Source: Selaginella moellendorffii (Eukaryota; Plantae; Lycopodiophyta). From it: 64,000 nt of DNA. The stretch spans positions 770,394 through 834,393 of the forward strand of contig NW_003314341.1 of NCBI RefSeq assembly GCF_000143415.4. The letters run 5' to 3'. The position numbers were made by a program, and so were the translations under genes. Every line of letters begins with the position of its first letter. Positions within the stretch are counted from its first letter, which is position 1. Below, piece after piece: positions 37,684 to 51,573 of the stretch. Under the pieces are notes generated by a model, which made no database searches, had not been told where the DNA came from, and saw only the letters and a program-made list of their open reading frames with translations.

Positions 37684-40600
37684 TGTAGCGGCCAATAACA
37701 AGCCTGTATAACAAAGTGAGGCAGAACATGTGGAGGGATGACTTGGCAAGGGGATCTGAGGGAGGGGTTTGTTACAGAGGATCGGGCGGCGGATCAACAG
37801 AGACTTCTTGGGATGCAGCAGGGCAGTGATAAAGGAGGTGGTGGGAGCTAGGGCAAGGGGGAGGATTGGCTTGATGACGAGCAAGGGCGATCAACAGTAA
37901 GGGCTTTGACCTGGTGTGGACTCCAGTAAGCCTTGCCCGGGCTTACGCCCATTTTATGGTGGAGATGAGGGGCACCTCATCACATCTGGGCTAGGCATAC
38001 TGGAGTCTATATGAATTTTCCTTTTCAATTCCATTTCTGGCATGACTAAAATTTTGAGCATGAGGGCTTGTGCAGTAGCGTGGAGGACACGTATGGCCAA
38101 AAGGACTTTCCTGGCTAGGACAGCCAGTGTGACCAAGAGGTTTGGTCATAAGGCATGGCATCCAAAGGTTGGAGCTGCCATACATCCAGCTAGGGGCTGA
38201 GGAATGAGCTGAGCCGGGGAGGCCAGTGGTGGGGGGATCTTGGTGATCTACTCGTGGTGCTAGTGACGTGCTTGGGCCATGGCACCTTTCTCGTCTGGCA
38301 TGAACTGGAAGCATGGCATCTCCGCTGTCACGAGGACGGGCATCTGGCTATGAAGGGGACTCGGATGCTCCACTCCGCTCAGGGAAAGGGAGGATGCGTC
38401 TGACCGGCTGTTCGAGGAACCACGAGTGGAGGCGAGCACTGAGAGGCTGCTGGAGAATGCTGACGTTGCACTCTTGAAGGACCCCCAGGTCACATGGCAA
38501 TTAGCAGTAGCAGGAAATGCTACAATGAGAAAGGAGCTTTTCTGCCTAGAAGTTTCATCATTGGCTCACGTCAAGTATCCTATATACAAAATGGGAGAAG
38601 ACTTTGAGCTCTATCTGGAGATTTTCAAGTGTGCAGCACATAACAACAAAGTGGCAGGGAGAGAGATTATACATGGCTCTGGAAGGGGAAGCACAACAAT
38701 TTTTTATGGCCCATCTGAGTGGAGTTGAAGAGGAATCTTGGGAGGAGGCAATTCAACGTGGCCACTACCGCCTGCTGAACGTGCCTTCCTCACGATGAGG
38801 GATCGCAAATTCAAGAGAGGTGAGTCTGTGCAACAGTATTGGGCAGCATTGATTCGGGTAGCTAGGATGCTAAACAGTGACACAGCAACAGCTGAGGGCA
38901 TGGCAAAGCAAACGTTCTATATCAAAAATGAGGTAGGAGACCATTAAGACTACAAGGGGTAACGCGTGGAAGCGTCTCCATTTTATCGGTAGTTTAAGCG
39001 TGGTAGTTAATACACATTTGCATTGAACCGTCCTTCATCTTCACAAGCAAGACCGGAGCACCAAATGGAGACTTACTTGGCTGAATAAATCCAAAGTCAA
39101 GTAACTCCTTGACTTGTCGTTGAACTTCTTGCTCCTCTGCATAACTTAACCGAAATAGATGTCGGTAAATTGGTCGCGTCCCCGGCTCTAATGTAATCTC
39201 ATGCTCCACACCTCGTAACGGAGGCAATCCATGAGGAAGTTCAAATGGAAAAACATCAGAAAACTCATCCAGTACATCCCGTATTGCTACTTTTTCCCCA
39301 CACGTGCCTTGGTCCCCCAAGTCACAAACAAACAACAAGTAACTCGAAAGTGTTTTTCCATTATGACAAGCCTGCTTCAAAGATGTAGCAGAGAGCATAA
39401 CAACTGGTGGTTGAACGCCCTCGCCAAACCACACATCTTTAATGCCACCATACTCCAACGAAATATACTTAATACTCCACTTTATCTCTGGATCCACCTT
39501 CACCAACCATGACATCTCGAAAATGAGATCCACACGATGGATATCCGCGAGATTAAGTGTGGTTTTGCCAACCAACACTTCCAGCCCCTCGACATAAGCA
39601 TCAAAATGTTGAGTAGAGGTAGCTGCACCTTCCACTGTGTATGGAAGAACGCCGCGTGTGACCAGGCCATGCTCCACAACAAACTTTGCCAAAACAAAGT
39701 TGTCATCGCTCCCACTATCCAGTAAAATCCGCACTAGATCGCCACGGAACACACCCTCCAGCATTAAAGCTAATTCACGCGTATCCTCGAGTTCCATCTT
39801 GTTCCACACACAGTTGAGCTAACGAGCAACGATCGAAAGTCGCTTCCTCCAACCGGAATGGTTGTTCTCCTCATCCTCACGCTGCAAAGTTTGCAACTTT
39901 TTAGTATCTGACTTACCGTGAAAAGAAGATTGGCCATTCTTCTTGTCCTGTTGCTTGTTCTTCAATTGCGGACAATCAGCCTTGTAGTGTCCAAGTTCTC
40001 CGCAATGATGACAACCCTGTCTATAATTCTTCACAAAGAACTTCTGCTTCTTGGACCCCTTTGCATCCGAAGTAGTCACCACCGACTTCAACTTGTGATG
40101 CTTGTTCCCATCCTTGTGTCCACGGCGATCATCACGACAATTCTCGATAGGACTCCGGGAACACTTGTGAGACTTGTGCTTGTCATTGTCAAGTTGATGA
40201 GCTGCATCAAAGAGCTCCTCCAAACTCTTTGTAGGCTGAGAATGACGCAAGTGTTGCCGCATGCTCTCACTATGTAGGCCATCAATGAAGTAGGACTTGT
40301 TCTGATCTGGATCCTTGGTTAGAACACGACTAATCAAGCGAGTAAGCTTCTCAATATAGTCCCCAAGTGTCATTTTCCCTTGCTGGAAATGTCGAAGTCT
40401 GTACAAGCATTCTCCACATCATAATGAGGGGCAAAATGTAAACGAAAAGCAGCCTCAAACTCATCCATGGTAGACACTGGTGGTTTTTTATCTACAACAC
40501 GGGACTCCTCAAGCCAATTCCACCATTGAAGACCCGCATCACGCAAAACCATCAGAATAGCCACTAAAGCCTCTACATCCGGAGTTCCCCTAGTAGTCAA

Positions 40601-41495
40601 GAACTTCTTCACTTTGGCTAGCCAAGCGAGACACTCGTCCACACCACTATCACCGGAAAAAGTTGGAATCTTGAGTTGATCTACCAAAGAAGGCTTACTT
40701 GGAGTGCAGCCTCGAGCACCTCAACACGCCCACGCATGGTATCCATCATGCCATGCATCTCATTTTGCATCTCTTGCTGATTTTGATTAAGGGCTCGTAG
40801 CTCATAAACCACATCTTGAATGGTCCAAATCTTCGCAATTTCGTCGGCACCATCGTCGGCACCACCATCAACAATAGGATTCCAACGTTCAGCTTGGTCG
40901 GCCATTGCAACCAACTCCTCTGATACCAATGTTATGATCCGGTGCAAAAAAGACAAAGATTTAGTTGCCCTAGACTATGTTACGCCACCTCTTGAGGTTC
41001 CTCACCACCCAAAATGGGGTGGTTTAGGGTTTACCGAGCTACCTCAAAAGCTCCACTGCACCGCCACTCTTCTATGAGCCCTAGGGTAGGTTAGTCCTTT
41101 ACCCTAACATGCATTAATATACACTTGAGCCTCCCTTTGACTGATGTTGACCACGTGGTGCCATTATTTTATTTTATTTTATTAAATTTTATTTTAGGAC
41201 AGCTGTAGTGGCCGAGCCCGTATAACAAAGTGAGGAGAACACGTGGAGGGATGACTTGGCAAGGAGATCTGATGTGGCAGGGAGGGGTTTGTTATAGAGG
41301 ATCGGGCGGCGGATCAACAGAGACTTCTTGGGATCCAGCAGAGCAGCGATAAAGGAGGTGGCGGGAGCTAGGGCAAGGGGGAGGATTGGCTTGGGAATGG
41401 CGTGACGAGCAAGGGCGATCAACAGTAAGGGCTTTGACCTGGTGTGGACTCCAGTAAGCCTCACCCGGGCTTACGCCCATTTTAGAACCGCTACA
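37684..41495 (+). mobile_element. Degenerate LTR retrotransposon bounded by ~280-290 bp direct repeats (37684-37957 and 41204-41495)
   Basis: Near-identical direct repeats with outer termini TGTAGCGG...CCGCTACA. Gag-like remnants on the + strand at about 38430-38950. The TSD is imperfect (TTGT vs TCGT). Confidence 0.7.
38994..41150 (-). mobile_element. Nested truncated Ty3/gypsy element (LTR part, PBS, gag, protease, start of RT)
   Basis: PBS TGGTATCAGAG (40918-40928, minus) next to an LTR end at 40930. Gag IPTFSG..WL, zinc knuckle CHHCGELGHYKADC, protease LLDSGS, RT IQPSKSPFGAPVLLV. Frameshift, stop codon and 3' truncation. Confidence 0.9.
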
Positions 41496-41670
41496 TCGTA
41501 TCAAGAGAGAGATTTGCTACTTCTTTTAATTATTTAACCACATATTTTATAAATACTCGCAGGATGAGAAGAAAAAAAAAAAAAAACAAACTGTGCAAGC
41601 CTGCACAGGATGCGAGTGCATACACTGATTCCTGGAGAGTGGTGGTGAGTACTTGTTACACTACACCACC

Positions 41671-43647
41671 TCAAGCATCGAACGCGAAGGCAGTGGAAAG
41701 CGTAAGCAGATGATAATCCAGTGTCCGCAAGTTCACCTGGCAATCATCGATGTTGGAAGCCAACAAACAAACGGTCTGAACAAGTTACCATCACGGCAGT
41801 TCCCGAATCACAAAAGCGCGGAATCGAAATAGCTCTCACCAACTTCCCTTCAACTAAGAAGCAGTCGGCGGTAAGAAACAGGCGGTGAAGGGCTAAGCAA
41901 ATATACATACCAGTAACTAAGCGAGTCATAAAGCTCTTCTGATTTCCACAGAAGTAAACATGCGGACATGTGTCCAGAACGAACGGATCCTTATCCGTGT
42001 ATGGAAAACAGCCTGCTCGCAGCACAAAGTGAGCGACATTACTTGCGTGAAATAGCATACCCAGTGTATCAGGAGCTGAAGGCGCAATATGTCTCCAGCG
42101 CAGAGTTCTTTCCATAAGTTCGATGACATCTTTGGCTTCCGAGTACTTTTCAAGATCATCGACATTTTGTCCAGACGTGCCGAGAAACCTGCACAGAACT
42201 AGTTGATTCCTGAAACAGTAATATCAAACAGAGAATACTTACTCTATACCGTCCAGTTCAAATCGATGAGGATTTGTCGCAGATAAAAAGGTACTGTAAG
42301 CAGACGCTCCAGGAAAGAGACACTTATGCAAGGGCTGAAATAGCGTCTTAATTCTGGTGGTAATATCAGCAAGCATTTCATACCTGCTGGGGTAAAGTAA
42401 AGTTTGCAGGATCATTTGCGCCGGGCATAATATCAACTGGCATTGCTGCTGCTATCTGTTACAGGCCCAATGTAAGTAGCAAATGCGTGCGCACGGACTT
42501 ACTTGAGCTAGCACAATGTCAAGCTCCTTCACTGGTTCAGTCAACCTCGCTTGGTCCTTGGCGGAAATAGCCTGCAAATGCTAAGAGCATACAGGATGTT
42601 TTTGGAAGACAAACCTGCCCGGCGAGCAAGTTATATTGCACATCAAGAGAATTTCCCGCAACTATCAGACGAACGACCTGAGCGCTCAACATTTGCTCCT
42701 AGACAATAAAGGTCATGATATAATATTCCTGTGTCTGATTACCTGTTCATCGCCCAAATGCCCGGTAAGGTGATCAACCAAGAGCTGTATTTGCAAAGGG
42801 TTACAATGATCACTACCAATCCTCAAGCCAGAAACGAGGGCGACATACTTGTCCTCTGAGAAAAGACGGGCTCAGACGCGAAACTTCAAGTAGGGGCAGG
42901 CTGGCTTGCCTGTGATGGAAGGCAATGGTGACTGAGGTGGTAAACCGGGCTCAATTATTTGTCGTACAAAGAAGTCGCCGTCCTTTCCTCCCTGTCCCCA
43001 AGCAGCAATAACAATGCCTGCAACGACAAACGAGAGTCCTTTCGAACACTTGGTCGTACACAAGATACATACCGGTAACATAATTCGAGGGCACAATCAT
43101 GCTGCCGACGAGCTTCACGCGACCACTCGCATCTTCTAGCACCAAATAATCCTCTGAATGCATGAAACTAGAAGCTGTTGCGAGAGGTTTTGTGCGCTGC
43201 AGGAGAAAAGCAAAGTCACACAAAAACACACAGACAAGCGTAGCTACCTCTTTTGCATATTCGTCCAGAATGGATGGCTTGAGCTTCATCTGCTTGTAGA
43301 CTGTTCCAATAACAACGCAGCGCTTTCCATCTTTCAGTCCCAAGATCGGAGAAACTACAAAGCAGAAGAAAGTGATGCCGACCAGAGAAGAAAATGATTC
43401 TCTCACCTGGAACACGAGGAAGGCTGGATTGAACGATCGAGCCGAGAACTTCACGAAATTTGTGAAGCCGGCAGTAATAGAGGTGGCTGTACTGCTGGCC
43501 CTTGTACCGCTGGTCGCGGCGCTCAAAATCTTCATCCTGGACAGCTCAGTAGCTAAGAATGCCGCACCTTTTCTCGTGAACCCGATCACTCACCTTCGGA
43601 GAGTATCGCGCCTCCTTCCTCGCCAGTGGCGGGGAGTCCACCTCCAT
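41671..43647 (-). CDS. POLD2: DNA polymerase delta small subunit
   Basis: [105 protein letters not shown]. Confidence 0.95.
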
Positions 43648-43811
43648 CGCCAACAAGAACCCACCCTAAAATCAACTAGCCGTTTGAAAAACCATAGCAT
43701 TTACAGGGTAGTACGATCAAAATCATTGCTCGGTTAATTGATATTGATCGTTTGCTGCCAAGGAAATTCCTGAGAAGGTGACGGTGTCGACCTTGCTCGG
43801 ATGGCCAAATT

Positions 43812-43823
43812 TTTGGCGCCAAA
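43812..43823. promoter_or_regulatory. Palindromic double E2F site in the POLD2/ELG1 bidirectional promoter
   Basis: TTTGGCGCCAAA gives the TTTSSCGC consensus on both strands, within the 216-bp gap between the divergent ATGs. Confidence 0.7.
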
Positions 43824-43863
43824 TTTTGGAATGTGCCCTAGCTCGACGAGGAGAAAGGAAGCT

Positions 43864-46800
43864 ATGGCGGATGGCTGGAGCTCCGATGGGCACAAGCGGC
43901 GTGGGAGGGCCAAGAAGGCAAAAGCCGATCCAACGTCTCCACGTCCTGGCACCCTTGACGCGTTCCTGCGCCCTAGGGTTTCTTCAGCTCGAGTTGAAAG
44001 TGATGCAGTTGTAGCGAGCCCAGGAGTCGACAGCAATGGGGGTTCTTCACCAAATGCAAGCCAAGCGGAGGTGAAGACTCGCGATTCTCTGGAGAGCACA
44101 CAGATGGAGGATGGCGCAAAGAAGGCAACGTCTCCCCTGCGTCCTAGGGTTTCTCCAACTCAAGGTGAAAGCGATCCGAGCCCAGGAATCGAAGGTTCTT
44201 CACCGAATGCCAGCCAAGCGGAGGTGAAGATTCGCGATTCGATGGAGAGCACACAGATCGACAGCGTGGGCAATGAGAATGCAATGGAAAATGGTAGGCT
44301 GGACTGGATTATCATACCAAGTTTGTTCTACCTCAACATTTCTTGCGCTCGCAGGTTTTTATCCTCTTTGGTCCACGAGGTTGAGGAAAAGGAAGTCCAA
44401 TGTTGTCGATGCCGAGGAACCTGTCAATACCGAGGAACCTGTCGATTCTAAGGAACCAGATGAACCAATTAGTTCTCCTCCAGTGCGGGCTTCCAAAAAG
44501 CGTCACAAGAAAAAGAAGTCCCGCGCAAAAACTAGAAAGGAAGAAATTGTGGACCGGGATTCATTGTCGTGTGCTTACGATCTGCGCAAGGAAGCACGAA
44601 TGGCCACGGAGGTAAAATCACCTTTGTTGCCTCTTTGTTCTTCCAATTTACTTAAGATCTGCAGGAATTTAATCTCTTGAGCGCTGGAAAACCTCTTCAT
44701 CCGTTTTTTCAGCGCAACAAAAAACAAGAGAGAAGTGAGGACTCGCCGATAAAGCGGGGCTCATTCTGGGACCCGTGTTTGCCATTTCACGTACTTCAAG
44801 ATACCATGGTAAGAAAGAGTCTTCTGAGCTATCACTGAACCTCTTTTCATGTTGTCTTGCAGAATGTCGACGCGGACATAAACTGGAACTCTTTCCAGCG
44901 TTCTTGTTTTGTAACATCGGCATCACAGGTTACTTCGAGTGATGACCATGACCATGGTTACTTAATTTCAAAAGACCAGAAGCTTGCTCCATCGCAACGC
45001 TTCGTATCTGATGCAGCTACCCTGGATGAAAGTTTGGAGAAAGTTCATGACTTTTTAAAGGTAGTGCTTTTATCTTTTAGAGGCTTCTACTGTAACGCTT
45101 TTTTGTGTTAGGAGTCCGGTCATAAACACTTGTCAGTGGCAAGTTTGAAGGAGAAGTATGCGGCATTGTGTTTTTTATTAGTCACTTTTAACTATGACTT
45201 GCAGATATGCGTGGTATCTAGCTAGAAATACTGATGGAGTTACTACCACGGCGAACCCTTCGTGGACATGTTTGTACCAGCCGCACTCCTCTAAACAGGT
45301 GTCTAGTTCAAGTTAAAATCTTTGCGTGCCTGATGTTCCTGCTTCTTAGTTGTGTGGAAACAGGGACTCCGTGAGTTCCTTAAGCGAGTGGCTCTCCAGA
45401 TGGAAACAGAAAATATTGTCTAGAAAGCAGGCATCATTGGACAGCGATAGAGACAGCGATGGAGACTACGAGATTGAGGATGAAGATTTACGGGACGGTC
45501 TACAAAATACCGTGCTTGTGACTGGTCCTGTCGGGGTACGTTTGATGTTGTGTTTGCTGGGATTTAAGGTGAAGCATTCTTTCAGTGTGGTAAATCTGCA
45601 GCCGTCTATGCATGCGCCAGGGAGCACGGGTTTAATGTTATTGAGGTAATGTGGTATATGTGCGAACTTCCTCTTTACCCTCTTTTCTTCTTGTAGATAA
45701 ACTCTTCAGACAGTCGCGCTGGAGCAACTATCAAGAAAAGATTTGGAGAAGCAACTCAATCTGAAGCAGTGATATGGTTTTCCGATTTGTTTTTGTTTGG
45801 TCTACAGTTCTAACGTGAATTTATTATAGCTCCGATCAAGATGGAAGAAAACCGACAATTATCTTGTTTGAAGAAATTGACACGGTATTTGAGGAGGATA
45901 AGGGATTTTTGGCGGCAATTGGCCAATTAGCAAAGTCCTCGAAACGCCCCATGGTTCTTACTAGCAACAGTACGATTTCACCGATATTTCTATGTCTCTC
46001 ATATCCGCATGTTTTGCAGGGCGTCAACCACTATTGCCACGCATGAGAAAAACTGTCATTGACTTCATAAAGCCCACCATGGACGATTTGCTAGTCCACG
46101 CATGCTTGGTAAGGTAACTTTACTAAAATATTGATGTTGAATAATTTATGTGCAGGTGTGTGCTTCAAATGGTCTATTTGGAGAGCCTTGGATCATGAAA
46201 CGCATTGTAGGATCTTGTCACCAGGACTTGCGAAAGCTAATGATGCTGCTTCAGTTTTGGGGACAGGGTGCTCTACCGCCGAGCGCAGAGCTAGAAGCGG
46301 ACCAGTCCTCAAGCATGAAGCGAAACAGTCATGAAAGAAGAATATTGCTTCCACGAGCTGCTTGGTGGGAGGATTCAGACGCCGAGTACTGCTTATTGCC
46401 GGAGTTGGTTCCTCTGAGCTTCCCTTGCTCTCAGTCATACTTAGTAGCCGGGAAATTATCAGAAGCAGTTCAGAAAGCTGAAAAAATTGCCACCTTGCAT
46501 GCTGCAAAGGCAGCTGAAGAAGATGAGTCTCTACGGGCTGCTCGCAGGTCAAAAAGCTCGAAAAGGCTGGCTAAGAAAGTGGAGGCTGAATTACTTGATA
46601 CCATGGTGGTGGAAGCGGAAGGAAAACACTGTGGACCAGCTGCCATGATTAAGACTTGTGGTGCTGGGAGGCGGAAAAGACCACGAAAGACTACGAAAAG
46701 ACTGGAATGGAAGGAAGCGCGGAATAACACCGGCTTTATTAAAGATCTGGCAGAAGAAGCAGAAGGATTGATATATTGTACCACTTGTGCGACCGAAGAA

Positions 46801-47562
46801 AGCGTGACTGAAGAGTTCCCGTCGTCGTCAAACGAGCCAGTGCATCCAGTTCGAGCTCAGTGGCTAGATATGAGGAAGGGACAAAGTTCACTCTTGCGCT
46901 CCAACTCTAAATCCGTCCAGACGATGCTCAGCGTCAATGATGCCTTGGCAGCTGCTGCGGAGGCTTTTTCTTCGTGCGATATGTTGTCTCGAGTAAGTTC
47001 TGGTGCACCTTGCATAGCTTTGCTTGATTTTCTTGTTTGCTTTCTTTCAGATGGAGGAATCCCCGTGTAGTGAAATATCTCAACAGCTGACACGATGCAA
47101 CCTTTACCATCTCTTACAGGAGTGCGACGAAGCAATGCAGTTAGCTTGTCAAAGTGATGCTGCTTGTGATGGCAGGCGGTCTCTTCCTTGGCACGAGGAA
47201 AACTTCAACAAGTAAGTGCTAAGACTTAAGTTTCCTCAAGCAAATCGTGATTGTTCTCTGCAGGCTACAGACGCAAAAGTATCTCCAAGAACAGCTTTTC
47301 CTTGCAAGTCCAGAGAAGGTGAGGCATGGAATGAGTTCTGATAGCTTTGTGGACCATGTCTCATACATGGCACGCATCGTGGCTCTTGAAGAACATCAAA
47401 GAGCTGAGCTCGTCGGGCCCAGGCTTAAGAGGTACACACCTTCCATACTCTATTGGTTTTCTTAACACTTTTAGCAGATCAAGAGGCGGCTACCTATCCG
47501 ATAAGGGTGTGTCCACAGAAGGCATTCAAGCTCTTAGACAACATTTTTCTTTTAGATACTGA
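43864..47562 (+). CDS. ELG1/ATAD5-like RFC large subunit (PCNA unloader)
   Basis: W..LYQP..LCGN..LSEWLSRWK, Walker A GPVGCGKSAAVYACAREHGFNVIEINSS, ILFEEIDTVFEEDKGF..SKRPMVLTSN. Confidence 0.85.
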
Positions 47563-47774
47563 CGAAGTTGATTCCAGGGCCCTGGTTTAAGATCCTTTTT
47601 GTGTAATTTCGGATCTAAAATTAAATAATAATGTGATTATTAAAATAAGTTTATCTTGACCAAATTGTTGGCGGTCTACGTGGAAAAATGCCCCCTGACA
47701 ATCCTGCCTCTTAAAAAAAAAACATAGCCCTGCAGGCTGGGCAATCTGCGTTGACAGCCCTAAAATATAGTCAC

Positions 47775-47782
47775 ATTCCCGC
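47775..47782 (+). promoter_or_regulatory. E2F-like site upstream of MSH7
   Basis: ATTCCCGC (WTTSSCSS) about 30 bp before the ATG. Confidence 0.5.
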
Positions 47783-47808
47783 CATTTAGGCTTAGCTGGA
47801 GTTTTAGG

Positions 47809-50800
47809 ATGTCACGGCAGCGATCACTGCTCGCGTTCTATGACAAGGATACGAGCCGGAAGCAGGGGCGGCCCAGGCGGCTGGACAATCCAATCGAGCT
47901 CGGCGATTCACAGGTCAGAACGACGAATCTTTCGATTGTGGGAGGAGCTAGGGTTTCTGACGATCAATGTAGGTGGATCAGCTCATCGAAAGCATTACAC
48001 ACAAGATGAGGTTTGTTTTATCTCTGTTTTATCACCGATGCGTTGATAGTTTTTCTTTCATTCTTCACAGGAAGCCAGTGCCTACTTCCGATAAAAGATT
48101 GGAAGTTCCTTTGGTGCCCGGTACTAAGCGCGTTCGTGACGATTTCTCGAGAGAAACCTTTGATGAGAGCAAACGCAAGAAATTGCTGGAAGCTCTTGGT
48201 GACGACGAAGGCTCGAAGCAAGGTGCTTGGGCAGAAGCTCAAGCCAAGTTTGAGTGGATGCAACCATCAAACATTCGCGATGGAAATGGAAGGAATCACA
48301 GTGATCCCTTGTTCGACGTCAGGACCGTCCACATTCCAGAGAACGTGCTCAAGAAAATGTCCGCATCGCAGAGGCAGTATTGGACAACCAAATGCCACTA
48401 CATGGATATTGTTCTTTTTTTCAAAGTGGTGAGATTACCGTCGTGAGTTTCTTTTATCACCTCGTGCTAACACAAATGACTCTTTTCAGGGGAAGTTTTA
48501 CGAGCTTTATGAACTAGATGCTGAGATCGGGCACAAAGAGCTCGACTGGAAAATGACAATCAGTGGAGTTGGAAAGTGTAGACAGGTAAATGCATACTTG
48601 GTCATCGCGTTCTCAGATTTTGCGACTCGTCTTTTGACAGGTTGGAGTGCCTGAGAGTGGAATTGAAGACGCTGTTCAGAAGCTTGTGGCTCGGGGGTAA
48701 GCTACCACAAAAGTTATTGCTTAACTTTTTCGTTTACTAGCTACAAAGTCGGACGAATGGAACAAGTAGAAACTTCAGAGCAAGCCAAGGCTAAAAGAGG
48801 TCCAAATGCCGTAAGTTTTCATCAGTTTTTGGACTTCTTTTTTGACAATCTAAGCCTGTCCAGATGGTAGAGAGAAAGCTTGTTCAGGTAGTCACGCCTT
48901 CAACACTCACGGACGGGATAATGAAACCGGAAGCCATTCACTTGCTAGCAGTGAAAGAGGTACTGGTGTATTTTAAACTTCTCAGTGTGCTTGAGCGCCT
49001 ATTTGCTAACCAGGAAAACTCTGGGCCAAGCGCTGTAATTTATGGGTTTGCTTTCGCTGACGCTGCCGGTGGTCTTTGCTATGTCGGCTCATTCTGTGAT
49101 AATGATGCGTATTCTGCCTTGGATGCGCTCGTCATGCAGGTATGGTTTCATGGACTTCTATATTTTTTTTCGTTCACTCAGATGTAAACTGCAGATAGCA
49201 CCTCAAGAGGTGCTTTACGAAATAGGAGGTCTCTCGCCAAGTGCCTTAAAAGTGTTTCAACGCTATATTCGTCCTGGTCTGTAATCTAAACTATATCATG
49301 GATGATGTTAACATAATAGTGTTGTGCAGGGTCTTTACCACTGGTTCTTACACCTTTGCAACCAGGTGCTGACTTCCCTGAGCCAGCCACTGTTTTAGAG
49401 CTGATTAGCTCTCGTGGATATTTCCAAGAGTGCGTCAAGTGCTCTGGGCAACAGCCTGGCTTTCCAGGAGTTCTCGACACTGTTGATCATAAAGACGCTG
49501 CTATGACCGCATTGGGAGCTCTCGTATCTCATTTACACAGGATCAAGGTTCTTACGACTTGCACATTCCAAGAATTCACTTTTGCTTATGTTGAGCAGAT
49601 GGACGCGGAGATATATAATGGTGTTCTCTGTGCGTATGAACTATATTGGGGCTTTATGAGGCTTGACGGTCAGACAATAGCCAACTTAGAGTTGCTTGCA
49701 AACACAGCCAACGGAGGCAAGGCTGGTACGTTAGGGGTGTGAGAGGCGTGAGAAAATATTAAGCGTGATTTTGTGCAGGAAGCCTCATGGGATACCTTGA
49801 CAGCTGCGCAACTGCTTTCGCAAAACGTCTTCTTCGACGTTGGATTTGCCATCCACTTCAAGACACCAAAGCTATAAATCATCGTCTAGATTCAGTCGAG
49901 GAGCTTCTGTGCAATCCCGAATGTGCTGCTGAGTTGCGAGCATTACTCCGGAAGGTGCCAGATCTGGAGCGACTCAGTGCCCGCTTACGGGGATTTTCTG
50001 ATAGTTCTTTCGCTGAAGTGTTACTACCTCTTGCAAAACAGGCATTTCAGCGGAGGGTAAAGTTCCAAATATGTTTGTTTTCTTTTTGCTGACCCTGTTC
50101 GACTGAGCTGCAGTTGAAGACATTGTGCCTTGCTGTTTCGGGACTTCTGCGTGCTTACCAGGTCCTCGAGTGCCTTAGGCAGATGCCCGCGAAGGCACGT
50201 CTTCTACGTCGAGCTTGTAAGCTATTAAAGGTGAAGAGCAGCATCGAATGTCTGTGGAGCATGGAACCAAAGCTCGACATGGAGAAACAGTCTTTGAACA
50301 CAGACCAGGTCCTCTTTTCTCATTTAGACCCTTTCTCTCACGTCGTGTTTGGCCGCAGGACGAGGACGAGGAAACGCAAAGAAAGACTTTGAGCTGGATG
50401 ATACTCGAGTTTAACAAGCATCAGCGCCATTGGACAGCCATCGTTGATGCATTGAGCTACATCGACGTGCTAATATCTTTCGCAGCCGCTAAACGAGCAG
50501 CAGAAGGGCCGACATGCCGTCCGACGTTCGTTGCTGCTGATCAAGGCGTTGCTGTTTTGGAAATGCAAGGCCTATGGCATCCATTTGCAGCAGCAGGCAT
50601 GGGTGGGACTTTCGTGCCAAACGACATAGCACTGGGCCTTGGTAAGCCTCGAGCGATACTTCTCACAGGACCAAACATGGGCGGGAAATCTACATTGCTC
50701 AGAGCAACGTGTGTGGCTACTCTCATGGCACAAGTAAGAAGTTCCCTTACTTTTTTGCTTTATTCTTTCTTTTCTTTTTTTTCCTTTGCACAGCTTGGCT

Positions 50801-51573
50801 GCTATGTTCCAAGTGAATCGTGCACGCTATCCCTCGTCGACACCATATTCACTCGTATTGGAGCTCGTGATAGAATCATGTCTGGCGAGAGTAAGCTACA
50901 TAATACTTTCTTTTATTCAGGACCAATATGCTTATGCCAATTCTCGCCCAGGCACATTCATGGTCGAATGCGCAGAAGCTGGGTCCATCCTCTGCAATGC
51001 AACTAGCAACTCGTTGGTGGTACTGGACGAGCTTGGCCGGGGAACCTCCACTTTTGATGGTTACGCTATAGCTTATGCGGTGAGGTTGAAAGAAGTTCTC
51101 CTTCCATCTTGTCGGCTTATAAGAGCGTGTTCTTCACTTCGCGGCAGGTTTTCCGGCATCTGGTGGAAGCAGTGGGATGCAGGCTAGTGTTTGCGACGCA
51201 TTACCACCCGCTGACACAGGAATTCTCTGGGCATCCATCTGTGAGCCTCCAACACATGGCCTGCTCGTTTGACAGCAGCTCTAGCGACAGGCAACTGGCG
51301 TTCTTGTACAAGCTGAGAGCCGGTGCCAGTTCTGCAAGCTATGGTCTCCAAGTCGCTCTTCTCGCCGGGATCCCGGCCTCGGTTGTCGACGCTGCGAGGG
51401 GTGCTAGCGAGCTCATTGCTCCGCGGCTCCGAGGCTTTAGCAGCAGTGGCATGCTAAACTGCTGGCTGCGACGGGTTTGCTCCATGGCCATGGACAGTGG
51501 TTCCATTGCTGGTGCTCAAGAAGATTACAAGTCGTTGCTAGGCCTGTGGAGCGAGCTCCAAACCGCTCTGTAA
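47809..51573 (+). CDS. MSH7: DNA mismatch repair protein MSH7 (plant MSH6 paralogue)
   Basis: PIP-like [90 protein letters not shown]. Confidence 0.93.
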
